64,000 bases of DNA. Origin: Candidatus Micrarchaeota archaeon (lineage in GTDB: Archaea; Micrarchaeota; Micrarchaeia; Micrarchaeales; Micrarchaeaceae). Of this stretch, positions 8,929-17,348 are shown piece after piece. The notes beneath the pieces were generated by a model. The model did no database searches. It was not told the origin of the DNA and saw only the letters and a program-made list of their open reading frames with translations. The stretch's first letter is position 1. Every line of letters starts with the position of its first letter. A program made the translations under genes and the position numbers. The stretch spans positions 3,224 through 67,223 of the forward strand of contig JAKACK010000002.1 in NCBI GenBank assembly GCA_021821445.1, read 5' to 3'.

Positions 8929-10131
8929 ATGTACAACAATTATATGGATATAATGAAAGAGGCAAATTCCCTTTATAATCAGAAATTTCAGAATGTTGAC
9001 TTTTATTCTGATTTGCTTTATAAAAAATATAATGCTAAATTAGAGTTAAAGACACCTGATAAAAATATTAGTGGTGCTAAAATTGAAGATTTGAATTTTG
9101 ATAAACAGGATTTTGATTTTAATTTGGTTATAATTGATGGATTTGTTTCAAAAAATAATAGTGATTCGGTAAAGGTTTATGAACCTGAAAATTTTGCAAA
9201 TGAGCTGCTTAAATACAAGTTATTTGATAATTCAAATAAATATGCAGTATATGCTCATGCATTTTCTAAGAACATAATTTACATAGAACCAAAAGAAGGA
9301 GAAAAAATAAATATATCTATAAATGTTGATAAGAACCCATACCCCATTCAATTAATAATAAATTCAAGTGCAGAAAAAGCAACAGTAAATGTGATAATTA
9401 ATTCTGGAAAATCAAAGGATACACCAGTACAACTTATCATGAATGAGGTAACTTTAGGGGAGAACTCAAATTGTGATTTGAACATATTACAGCTTGATGG
9501 AAAGTCAGATGTGGTTAATATGTTAAAGAGCAAAGGAAATCGTTACTCTTCATTAAACTTAAATGAATCTTACTTTGGAAATAATATAACAAAAGAGGAA
9601 GCGTATTTGGATGCAGCAGATGAAAATGCTTCAGTTGCGGTTTATAAAACAGTACTTGGAAAAGAAGATCAAAAATTCGATATATTTACAGATATAATAA
9701 ATAGAGAGAGACTTACAAAATGCAATTCCACTATATCTGCTATAGTATCGGATAGTTCAGTTTGCTATTGTAAAGATGTTGCAGAGGTTTTAGAGTCAGC
9801 TAAAAATTCATTCTCAAACATAAGTCAAAAAGGATTAATAAATGATAAAACAGCCCATTTAGACTTAATGCCTGATATGTCTATAAAAGAGAGTTATACA
9901 AAGGCATATCATTCTAGCTACTCATCACCTATAGATGAAGGTGATGTTTTTTATCTTTTATCTAGAGGTATTGATAGGAAACAGGCTGAATATCTTATAA
10001 AAGAGGGATTTTTGTCTTCTAATCTAAAATATATAAAGGATGAGAAATTTAGAAACATTGTGATTAATAGAATTGATAGTATACTGAAGGATAAAAGTAA
10101 AATTTATGAATCTGTAGAATCTGTAAGATGA
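8929..10131 (+). CDS. sufD: SufD-like protein
   Basis: C-terminal P.M.I...AYHS....ID...FYLLSRG...GF. Follows sufB. SD GGAGGT. Confidence 0.85.
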   Translation: MYNNYMDIMKEANSLYNQKFQNVDFYSDLLYKKYNAKLELKTPDKNISGAKIEDLNFDKQDFDFNLVIIDGFVSKNNSDSVKVYEPENFANELLKYKLFDNSNKYAVYAHAFSKNIIYIEPKEGEKINISINVDKNPYPIQLIINSSAEKATVNVIINSGKSKDTPVQLIMNEVTLGENSNCDLNILQLDGKSDVVNMLKSKGNRYSSLNLNESYFGNNITKEEAYLDAADENASVAVYKTVLGKEDQKFDIFTDIINRERLTKCNSTISAIVSDSSVCYCKDVAEVLESAKNSFSNISQKGLINDKTAHLDLMPDMSIKESYTKAYHSSYSSPIDEGDVFYLLSRGIDRKQAEYLIKEGFLSSNLKYIKDEKFRNIVINRIDSILKDKSKIYESVESVR

Positions 10132-10135
10132 GATA

Positions 10136-10444
10136 ATGATTGAATATGAGATTTTTTTGAAACAGTTTCTTCCAAAGTTGAGAAGTGATTCTGCTAAATT
10201 GCTTAATGAAAAGTATAAGCTGAATCAGATGGAGATAGCCAGTAAATTAGGTATAACGCAAGCTGAAATAAGCAAATACTTAAATCATATAAATACAGAT
10301 GCGATAAGTTATAAAATAAAAAAGAAGGATGTACAAGAATTTGTAACAAATTTAATAAATGAAAATGAGTTACAAGCTCAAAAAGTTGTTTGTAGAATAT
10401 GTCCGGTAAATTCGAAAACAGTTTGTTCTTTTAAAATTAAATGA
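10136..10444 (+). CDS. HTH transcriptional regulator with C-terminal CxxC-x7-C
   Basis: FLPKLR...LNQMEIASKLGITQAEISKYL is a COG2522-like HTH. Ends in CRICPVNSKTVC. Confidence 0.8.
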   Translation: MIEYEIFLKQFLPKLRSDSAKLLNEKYKLNQMEIASKLGITQAEISKYLNHINTDAISYKIKKKDVQEFVTNLINENELQAQKVVCRICPVNSKTVCSFKIK

Positions 10445-10457
10445 TGAAAGTGATAAT

Positions 10458-11192
10458 ATGATTTTAGAAATAAAAGATTTACATGTAAAAACAGGGGATA
10501 AGGAGATAATAAATGGATTAGATTTAGTTGTTAAAGAGGGAGAGATGCATGTGTTGATGGGTCCGAATGGTTCAGGAAAAACAACATTGGCAAAAACCAT
10601 TATGGGTCATCCTGCATATAAGATAACACAAGGAGATATATTAGTAGATGGAAAAAGCATAAAAGATTTATCAACTGACAAAAGAGCAAAGTTAGGTTTA
10701 TTCATACAGTTCCAAGAACCTGTTGAAATTGATGGGGTCGGATTTGTAAACTTTTTAAGAAGCGCAGTTGAATCAACAACAGAACAAACAGTGAATATAA
10801 GGGAATTATTGAATAATATAAAAACAGATGAATCAAACTTAAAGATTAACTCAACTCTGATAGATAGACACCTTAATAAAGGATTTTCAGGAGGAGAGAA
10901 AAAGAAATCTGAGATACTTCAGATGAGTATACTCAAACCAAAAATAGCGATATTAGATGAACCTGATTCCGGTCTTGATGTGGATGCGATAAAAGTTGTC
11001 GCAGATAACATAAATAGAATTTCAAAGGAAACAGGGATGGGTACGATAATAATAACCCACTACAATAGAATCCTTTCTTATATGAAACCACAATTCGTGC
11101 ATGTGATGGAAAAAGGAAAGGTTGTCAAGAGTGGAGGACTTGAACTTGTTGAACAGATAGAGAAAGAGGGTTATAACGAAATAGATAAATGA
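10458..11192 (+). CDS. sufC: Fe-S assembly ATPase SufC
   Basis: GPNGSGKT, GFSGGEKKK, LDEPDSGLDVD, ITHY. Confidence 0.97.
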   Translation: MILEIKDLHVKTGDKEIINGLDLVVKEGEMHVLMGPNGSGKTTLAKTIMGHPAYKITQGDILVDGKSIKDLSTDKRAKLGLFIQFQEPVEIDGVGFVNFLRSAVESTTEQTVNIRELLNNIKTDESNLKINSTLIDRHLNKGFSGGEKKKSEILQMSILKPKIAILDEPDSGLDVDAIKVVADNINRISKETGMGTIIITHYNRILSYMKPQFVHVMEKGKVVKSGGLELVEQIEKEGYNEIDK

Positions 11193-11210
11193 TATTTAAG
11201 GTGATAAAAT

Positions 11211-11615
11211 ATGTCAATGGATATATACGCGGAAGAACTATTGTCACATTATGAACATCCCCACAATAAAGGAGAAATAGCCACAGCAGAAACTAAAATG
11301 CACGAGCACAACAACACATGTGGTGATGACATAACGGTTTATTTGAAGATAGATGGAGATAAAGTAGATGATGTGAAGTTTGATGGGGATGGATGCTCTA
11401 TAAGTATAGGAACTACTAGTATGTTAACTGATTATATAAAAGGCAAATCAATTTCAGATATTGAAAAGATGGATTTTACAACAATTAAAAATTTAATAAA
11501 TATAGATCCAGGACCAGCTAGACTTAAATGTGCTACAATATCATTAAAAGCAGTGAAAGAAGCGATATTTAATTATGAAAAGAAGGAAGTTGATGATTCA
11601 ACTAAGGATCTTTAA
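11211..11615 (+). CDS. sufU: IscU/SufU-like scaffold protein
   Basis: HYEHPHNKG, CGDDI, GCSIS, RLKCA. Confidence 0.9.
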   Translation: MSMDIYAEELLSHYEHPHNKGEIATAETKMHEHNNTCGDDITVYLKIDGDKVDDVKFDGDGCSISIGTTSMLTDYIKGKSISDIEKMDFTTIKNLINIDPGPARLKCATISLKAVKEAIFNYEKKEVDDSTKDL

Positions 11616-11645
11616 TTCTTTTTTATTTATAATAAAAATAGTAAG

Positions 11646-11659
11646 GCCTTTTAAAAGGC
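11646..11659. terminator. 14-bp perfect palindrome GCCTTTTAAAAGGC between convergent sufU and small ORF
   Basis: Self-complementary and near T-tracts. Function inferred from position. Confidence 0.4.
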
Positions 11660-11673
11660 TAAATGTTTTGCAT

Positions 11674-11820
11674 TCACTTTTCTTTTTTTCTCAAAAGTTC
11701 TTTATTTTTGCTGATTTCTAATAACTCTTCTATTCTTTTAAAAGATAGAGTTACAGGTTTCAGATCAACACAGTTGACTTCTGGGAATCTTGTTTCTTTT
11801 CTTATTTCTATTTCTGTCAT
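11674..11820 (-). CDS. Unannotated 48-aa small protein (MTEIEIRKETRFPEVNCVDLKPVTLSFKRIEELLEISKNKELLRKKEK)
   Basis: Strong SD GAGGTGA 4 nt before ATG, and upstream AAAAATTTATAAG promoter-like sequence. Below the ORF-track length cutoff. Confidence 0.65.
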   Translation of the reverse strand: MTEIEIRKETRFPEVNCVDLKPVTLSFKRIEELLEISKNKELLRKKEK

Positions 11821-11943
11821 TTATTCACCTCGTTAATAAATAAATATAAATTGAGGCAATGTTTGGTTGTCTTGTGAATACTATATATGATTGATAGGCT
11901 TATAAATTTTGCTAAAAATTCAGTACATTTTAATACTATAAAA

Positions 11944-12016
11944 TGGGGATGCCGAGATTTGAACTCGGATTACTAGCTCCCGAAGCTAGCAGTCTGCCAG
12001 GTTAGCGTACAACCCC
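11944..12016 (-). tRNA. tRNA-Pro(CGG)
   Basis: Anticodon arm CTAGC-TTCGGGA-GCTAG, T arm CCGAG-TTCAAAT-CTCGG. Weak D stem and a U5-U68 mismatch. Confidence 0.9.
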
Positions 12017-12125
12017 AACTTTAAGTCATTATATTAATAATGAATTATCTATTTATACTTTTGAATTTTTGCAAAAATTTTTTGTAATAGAATTGTTTTT
12101 ATATTTGAAATTTAGATATATTATT

Positions 12126-13088
12126 ATGTACACTTCAGAGAACTTAGATTTTGCTTATAGATACCCATTTACAGATACTGCTAAGGATATCATTAATTCA
12201 TTAAATATAACATCTGTTGATTTTAAATATCTTGAATTAGGGAAAGCTAAAGCCTCTGCAGATATAAACGATTCTATAAAATATTACGATATATCAATAG
12301 ACTCTATAAAAATAGATGAGCTTATAAGTTATGTGTACGCTAGAATGATGTTGTTATCTCTTAATAAACTAGATTATAATGAAAAGTTTGCCCTAGGTGA
12401 ATCAAAAAGAGTTTTTGAAGCTATGGGTAAGGATTCGGAAATAAATATATTTAGACTTTCGAGTTTTTTTAGTATAAATTTGAGAAAGGATATAGATAAA
12501 GATTATCTTATAAAATTTGATTCGTATCTTCACAACATACCTAAGGATCCAATGTTTGCATTGTCAAATCAAGAGTTACACCAAGGATTTGTAAGAATAA
12601 GTTTTAGCAAATTAAAATTTATATTAAAACAAGCGACTTATAATTATATAAAATCAGGATTATTGCAGGATGAAAAAATAAAACTTCCGAAGGAAATTAG
12701 GGATTATGCAAAGGATATAAAAGATGAACATAAGGTAAAGATTAGAAATACAGGTAGTATGGCTTGGATAGAAAAATTATTGGATACTCCAATAACTGAT
12801 GTGAGGCATAGAACTGTAAATTTAATCTTAGCACCTTATCTGACTAATGTTAAAGGGCTAAGTGTAGATGATGCATTTAAAATAATTTCAGATTATATTG
12901 AGAGATGTAAATTAGTAAATCCTGATACTAAGATTAATGAGACTTATATAAGATATCAGTGTGAATACGCAAAAGACAAAAAGTTAAAACCTTTATCTTT
13001 ATCAAATGCAAAAGAACTTCTTGCAGGAGTAATTGATTTTGAAGTTAGTAATGAAGATGTAAATAAGAATAAAAAATCTAAAAAGTGA
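12126..13088 (+). CDS. priL: DNA primase large subunit, N-terminal PriL domain plus PriX-like C-terminal domain
   Basis: AYRYPFT, ISYVYAR, FALGES, LSNQELHQGFV are PriL-N motifs. WIEKLL...DVRHRTVNLILAPYLTNVKGL is PriX-like. Confidence 0.85.
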   Translation: MYTSENLDFAYRYPFTDTAKDIINSLNITSVDFKYLELGKAKASADINDSIKYYDISIDSIKIDELISYVYARMMLLSLNKLDYNEKFALGESKRVFEAMGKDSEINIFRLSSFFSINLRKDIDKDYLIKFDSYLHNIPKDPMFALSNQELHQGFVRISFSKLKFILKQATYNYIKSGLLQDEKIKLPKEIRDYAKDIKDEHKVKIRNTGSMAWIEKLLDTPITDVRHRTVNLILAPYLTNVKGLSVDDAFKIISDYIERCKLVNPDTKINETYIRYQCEYAKDKKLKPLSLSNAKELLAGVIDFEVSNEDVNKNKKSKK

Positions 13089-13162
13089 ATTTTATCCTAA
13101 TTATAATTAGATTCAAACTTTAATTGAAATTAAAAGAAGATTTTATACTTTATAAAAAACAT

Positions 13163-13276
13163 GCTAAACAGCAATATGCTTTTCCACCCGAGGGCAGTAC
13201 ACACATATCGTTAACATGCTTAGCTTCCGAGTTCGGAAAGGGATCGGGCGTTTCCATGTTCCTGTTACCGTTTAGC
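13163..13276 (-). rRNA. rrf: 5S rRNA, stand-alone
   Basis: CCCGATCCCTTTCCGAACTCGGAAGCTAAG, GTACT, closing helix GCTAAAC/GTTTAGC. Promoter AAAAGCTTTATAAATA about 30 nt upstream. Confidence 0.95.
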
Positions 13277-13472
13277 ATCATTATTATGTATCTCAATATT
13301 TATAAAGCTTTTGTAAAATTATTTGGATAAAATTGATTGAATAAATGCTACCTTATCGTTATATATTAGTAAACTTTTATTTAAAGGTAATATATAGACT
13401 TTTGACGAAAAATTTATAAAGTATAAAAGCTTTATACGTAAATAATACCTTATATTACATTCAGATGATTAA

Positions 13473-14567
13473 ATGGAGGATAAAACTAATAGAGAAACAA
13501 ATGATTTTATAACTTTTATGAAAGAACAAGGTAAACTAATTAATCAAAAATTAGAGGAATCTTTAGGAAATGAAAACTCTAAGCAGAATATTCAAAAATT
13601 ACTTGGAAGAGGAGGCTATAAATACGATAGCAATTCTATAGAAAAAAGTATAATAGATCCCGCATGGTATTTAGTTTCACAGGGAGGTAAAAGATTAAGA
13701 CCTGTATTTACTCTTCTGGTTATAGGACTTTTCAAAAAGGATTTTGATGATTATATTGAATTTTCTATAATACCTGAGGTTTTACATACTGGTACTCTTA
13801 TTCACGATGATATTGAAGATAAATCTATTAAAAGAAGAAATGCTGATTGTGTACATATTAAATATGGTTTGGATATAGCTTTGAATTTAGGAGACTTTAT
13901 GTTTTATTTCCCAATGAAAGCTTTAATTGATAGTGATAAATTATCAACTGAACAAAAATTAAAAATTACTAGAGAGTATATAAACGATATGTTAAAATTA
14001 GGTATAGGGCAGGGAGTAGATTTGGCGTGGCATAATTACTTAGTAAATATATCAGACATAAGCGAAGAAAATTATTTAAGAACTGCTTTTGATAAGACAG
14101 GAGCTTTGCTTGGATTTGCAGCTAAATTAGGTGCAATAATAGGAAATGCAAATGAAAAACAAGTTGAAGCACTTGGTAAATTTGGAGCTACGATTGGAGT
14201 ATCTTTTCAAATAAGAGATGATTATCTTAATATAGAAAATTCTAAAGTTTCGGACAGTAAAGGAGGTATAGGGGATGATATAACCGAAGGAAAAGTTACA
14301 TTGTTTGTTTTGCATGCTCTAAAATTAGCTAATCCGACAGATAAAAAAAGGTTAATTGATATCTTAAATTCTCATACATCTAATGATAAATTAAAAAAAG
14401 AAGCTTCAGATTTACTAATTAAATATAACTCAGACGGATATGTAAAAGATATGGCAGATTCTTTAATTGAAGAGAGTTGGAAAGAGATTGATAGTGCATT
14501 TCCAGATTCCCCATCTAAAAAAAGATTGAAAGAGATGGTTGGATTTATTTTGAATAGAAATTTTTAA
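13473..14567 (+). CDS. trans-Polyprenyl diphosphate synthase (IdsA family), copy 1
   Basis: GGKRLRP, HDDIED...RR, GQ..D, KTG, FQIRDDYL. Confidence 0.93.
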   Translation: MEDKTNRETNDFITFMKEQGKLINQKLEESLGNENSKQNIQKLLGRGGYKYDSNSIEKSIIDPAWYLVSQGGKRLRPVFTLLVIGLFKKDFDDYIEFSIIPEVLHTGTLIHDDIEDKSIKRRNADCVHIKYGLDIALNLGDFMFYFPMKALIDSDKLSTEQKLKITREYINDMLKLGIGQGVDLAWHNYLVNISDISEENYLRTAFDKTGALLGFAAKLGAIIGNANEKQVEALGKFGATIGVSFQIRDDYLNIENSKVSDSKGGIGDDITEGKVTLFVLHALKLANPTDKKRLIDILNSHTSNDKLKKEASDLLIKYNSDGYVKDMADSLIEESWKEIDSAFPDSPSKKRLKEMVGFILNRNF

Positions 14568-14577
14568 AGGTGTAATT

Positions 14578-15621
14578 ATGGATAAAATAGAAAATGTTGA
14601 TAGTTTTAAGGACTTTATAGCACTTTATAAAAATAGTGTATATAACAGGATAACAGATTATATGGAAGGTATAGAACCTGAAGCTTATATTGGTATGGTT
14701 AGATGTTATATTGACAGGAAAGGGCAATATAGAAGACCATCTTACGTATTACTTTGGAATTTACTTTATGGTGGTAAATTTGATGATGCTTTATTACCTG
14801 CAGCTTCACAACAGGTATCTGAAGATTGGCTTTTAATGATAGATGACTGGATGGATGATAATGATTTACGAAGAGGAGGTAAGTCTGCTCATCTTATATA
14901 TGGGGATAGATATGCTATCAATGCTGCAAGTAATTTACAAAGTATAAATTGGAAAATTGTTTATGATGCATGTAAACAATTAGGAGATCCAAGACAAAAA
15001 CGTTATTTTGATAAATTTTATGATATTATAAATGTGACACACCAAGGTCAGTATAGAGATGTACACTTAACAAGAGATGTAAAAGATATTACTAAATTTA
15101 CAAAAGAGGATTATTATGAATCTATACATGCAAAATCTGCTTATTATAGTGTTTATGGTCCTATGCAGCAAGGTGCTATAATAGCAGGAGCACCTGAAGA
15201 GGTAATAAATCAGATTAAAGAATATGGAACTCCAGCAGGATTGGCTTTCCAAATTAAAGATGATATACTTGATTGTACATCTACCCCAGAACAGCTAGGA
15301 AAATCTATAGGTACAGATGTAAGGGATGGTGTAAAGACTGTTATATTATGGAGCGCAGTTCAAAACGCATCATCAACTACGCTTAACAAAATGAAAGATA
15401 TATACATGAAGGATCCCAACCAAAAGACTAAAGAGGATATCTCTTATATATTAGATAAGTTCAATGAATTAGGTTCAATAGATTATGCAGAGAAGGAAAT
15501 GAAGGCTTTAATAGAAAAAAGTATAGATAATTTCAATAAATATACAACAAACATACAGGAATCTAATATAAAAGATCTTGCAAGAGAAGGAATAGGTTAC
15601 GTATCTAATAGAAAAAATTGA
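14578..15621 (+). CDS. trans-Polyprenyl diphosphate synthase (IdsA family), copy 2
   Basis: GQYRRP, IDDWMDD..LRRG, GQYRD, KSA, FQIKDDILD. Confidence 0.9.
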   Translation: MDKIENVDSFKDFIALYKNSVYNRITDYMEGIEPEAYIGMVRCYIDRKGQYRRPSYVLLWNLLYGGKFDDALLPAASQQVSEDWLLMIDDWMDDNDLRRGGKSAHLIYGDRYAINAASNLQSINWKIVYDACKQLGDPRQKRYFDKFYDIINVTHQGQYRDVHLTRDVKDITKFTKEDYYESIHAKSAYYSVYGPMQQGAIIAGAPEEVINQIKEYGTPAGLAFQIKDDILDCTSTPEQLGKSIGTDVRDGVKTVILWSAVQNASSTTLNKMKDIYMKDPNQKTKEDISYILDKFNELGSIDYAEKEMKALIEKSIDNFNKYTTNIQESNIKDLAREGIGYVSNRKN

Positions 15622-15629
15622 TTTATTTA

Positions 15630-15680
15630 GAGGGCCCATACTTACGTATGAGCCCACATATCTAGGGTTTAGGTATGCAT
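15630..15680 (-). ncRNA. Putative ~50-nt antisense sRNA
   Basis: BRE/TATA GAAAAAGTTTATAAATATT (15714-15696). 5' single-stranded GCAUACCUAAACCCUAGA. 3' 10-bp hairpin GGGCUCAUAC-GUAA-GUAUGGGCCC, whose G.U pair and GNRA loop exist only on the minus strand. Confidence 0.7.
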
Positions 15681-15845
15681 AACTATTTTTTAGAAAATAT
15701 TTATAAACTTTTTCCCTATGTAATGTTTTTGTTATAGAAAAACATATGTATATAGTAAAGTATAAATATATTTATTAAAATACATATAAACGAGGAATGC
15801 GATGACTAACGCAATATAAATAGTCCCTATAAAATATAGGCGTCT

Positions 15846-15881
15846 TCTAGGGTTTTAGGTATGTCTAGGGTAGTAGGTATG
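15846..15881 (+). repeat. Two tandem 18-nt repeats TCTAGGGT(TT/AG)TAGGTATG, each ending in an in-frame ATG; third copy at 15661-15677
   Basis: Read directly from the sequence. Confidence 0.9.
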
Positions 15882-16154
15882 GCAAATGAAAAAGAAGAAT
15901 TTGGAGAGATTTTGACTTTTCTTCTGTCGAAGAAAAACAAGGAATATTCGCTAGATAAAATGAAAGATCCAATACTTTTATTCAATAGTGATTCAAGGAC
16001 TAAAGAACAAATAATTTGGCTATTAAATGAGATAGTAGATGCCAAAAAAATAGCAGAAGCTTTAATGGAAAGCACACTTGAACAACACAACTACGAAATA
16101 AAAATAAAAGTAAATGGAGATTCGTTAGCTATGGAATCTATAACAACAGTTTGA
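15861..16154 (+). CDS. Hypothetical protein (97 or 91 aa; alternative ATG at 15879)
   Basis: Open frame with coding-like composition and upstream TATA (~15761). Family not recognised. Confidence 0.7.
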   Translation: MSRVVGMANEKEEFGEILTFLLSKKNKEYSLDKMKDPILLFNSDSRTKEQIIWLLNEIVDAKKIAEALMESTLEQHNYEIKIKVNGDSLAMESITTV

Positions 16155-16165
16155 TTTTTTTCTTT

Positions 16166-16687
16166 TTAATATTTTATTAATGATTTAATTGGATAATTAC
16201 CAATTTTTTCACGAGCACCTAACCCTTCCAATTCGATTAAAAATGATAATGCAGTTACATTTCCACCTAATTCATTGACTATATCTATAGCCGCTTTAGA
16301 AGTACCTCCGGTTGCCATTAAATCATCACAGATTATTACATTATCTCCTTTTTTAATAGAATCTGCATGCATTTCTATTGAATTTGTTCCATACTCCAAT
16401 TCGTAATCCTTAGTTATTTTTTTATATGGGAGTTTGCCTTTTTTTCTTACTAAAATTAATCCTTTATTCAATTTATAAGCTAGAGCTGCACCTAAGATAA
16501 ATCCTCTTGCATCTATAGATGCAATATAATCAAATTTTATATCTTTCAATTGATCTGCCATTAAATCAATTGCGGAATGAAATGCTTCATTATTATGTAA
16601 AAGTGGTGTTACATCCTTAAAAACTATCCCTTCCTTAGGAAAATCCGGTATATCTCTCACATATTTCTTTAAATCCTCTAGTCCCAT
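16166..16687 (-). CDS. apt: Adenine phosphoribosyltransferase
   Basis: IPDFPKEGIVFKD, DARGF, RKKGKLP, YELEYG, DDLMATGGT. Confidence 0.97.
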   Translation of the reverse strand: MGLEDLKKYVRDIPDFPKEGIVFKDVTPLLHNNEAFHSAIDLMADQLKDIKFDYIASIDARGFILGAALAYKLNKGLILVRKKGKLPYKKITKDYELEYGTNSIEMHADSIKKGDNVIICDDLMATGGTSKAAIDIVNELGGNVTALSFLIELEGLGAREKIGNYPIKSLIKY

Positions 16688-16751
16688 TTAATCACACTAA
16701 TATTTATTAGATAAAATTATAAAGCAATAATATGAAATTATAAATGATAAC

Positions 16752-17300
16752 TTGCTTGAATTTGACGATATAAGATTAGAGTGTTGCAAAGACGTATATT
16801 GCCCTAGAGAAGATTCATTTATATTAATGGATGCGGTTAAGCAATTTGCATTTGGATCTGTTTTAGATTTAGGTTGTGGAACAGGTATACAAGGTATAAC
16901 TGCACTAAAAAAAGGTCTGGATGTTACTTTTGCAGATATAGATAAAAAAGCGTTAGAATGCACAAAAAACAATATTAAAATAAATAGCTTAGAAGGAAAA
17001 GTAGTTGAAAGTAATATGTTTTCTAGCATTGATAAAAGATATAATACAATAATATTCAATCCGCCTTATTTAATTTCGGATAAACTTAATGCTATTGCAT
17101 TAGATGGAGGTAGAGAGGGTAGACATTCCATAGATATATTTTTATCGGAATTTAATAATTATGTACTTCCAGAACATATAATTTTATTGTTAGAATCATC
17201 ATTAAATAATTATTATAAAGATGTGAAAAAATATAATGCAGAGATTGTTCAAATAAATAAGAACTTTTTTGAAACTCTTGTTGTTCTTAAATTTAAATAG
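16752..17300 (+). CDS. HemK2/Mtq2-like N5-glutamine methyltransferase
   Basis: VYCPREDS, LDLGCGTG, FNPPY, DGGREG. Confidence 0.9.
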   Translation: MLEFDDIRLECCKDVYCPREDSFILMDAVKQFAFGSVLDLGCGTGIQGITALKKGLDVTFADIDKKALECTKNNIKINSLEGKVVESNMFSSIDKRYNTIIFNPPYLISDKLNAIALDGGREGRHSIDIFLSEFNNYVLPEHIILLLESSLNNYYKDVKKYNAEIVQINKNFFETLVVLKFK

Positions 17301-17348
17301 ATTAAAACTTATAAATATATAAAGGGACAAATCTATAATGGTGTTGAT

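Noticed and set aside
13124-13330. 68-aa ORF in the track
   Set aside because: It is antisense to the 5S rRNA and has no SD.
15661-15881. Telomere-like TTTAGGG / CUAAACCCU template, or DGR/RT-made repeats
   Set aside because: The sRNA contains CUAAACCCU and the copies differ opposite its A-run, but the repeats are only 17-18 nt and no reverse transcriptase is in the window. Antisense targeting is the simpler explanation.
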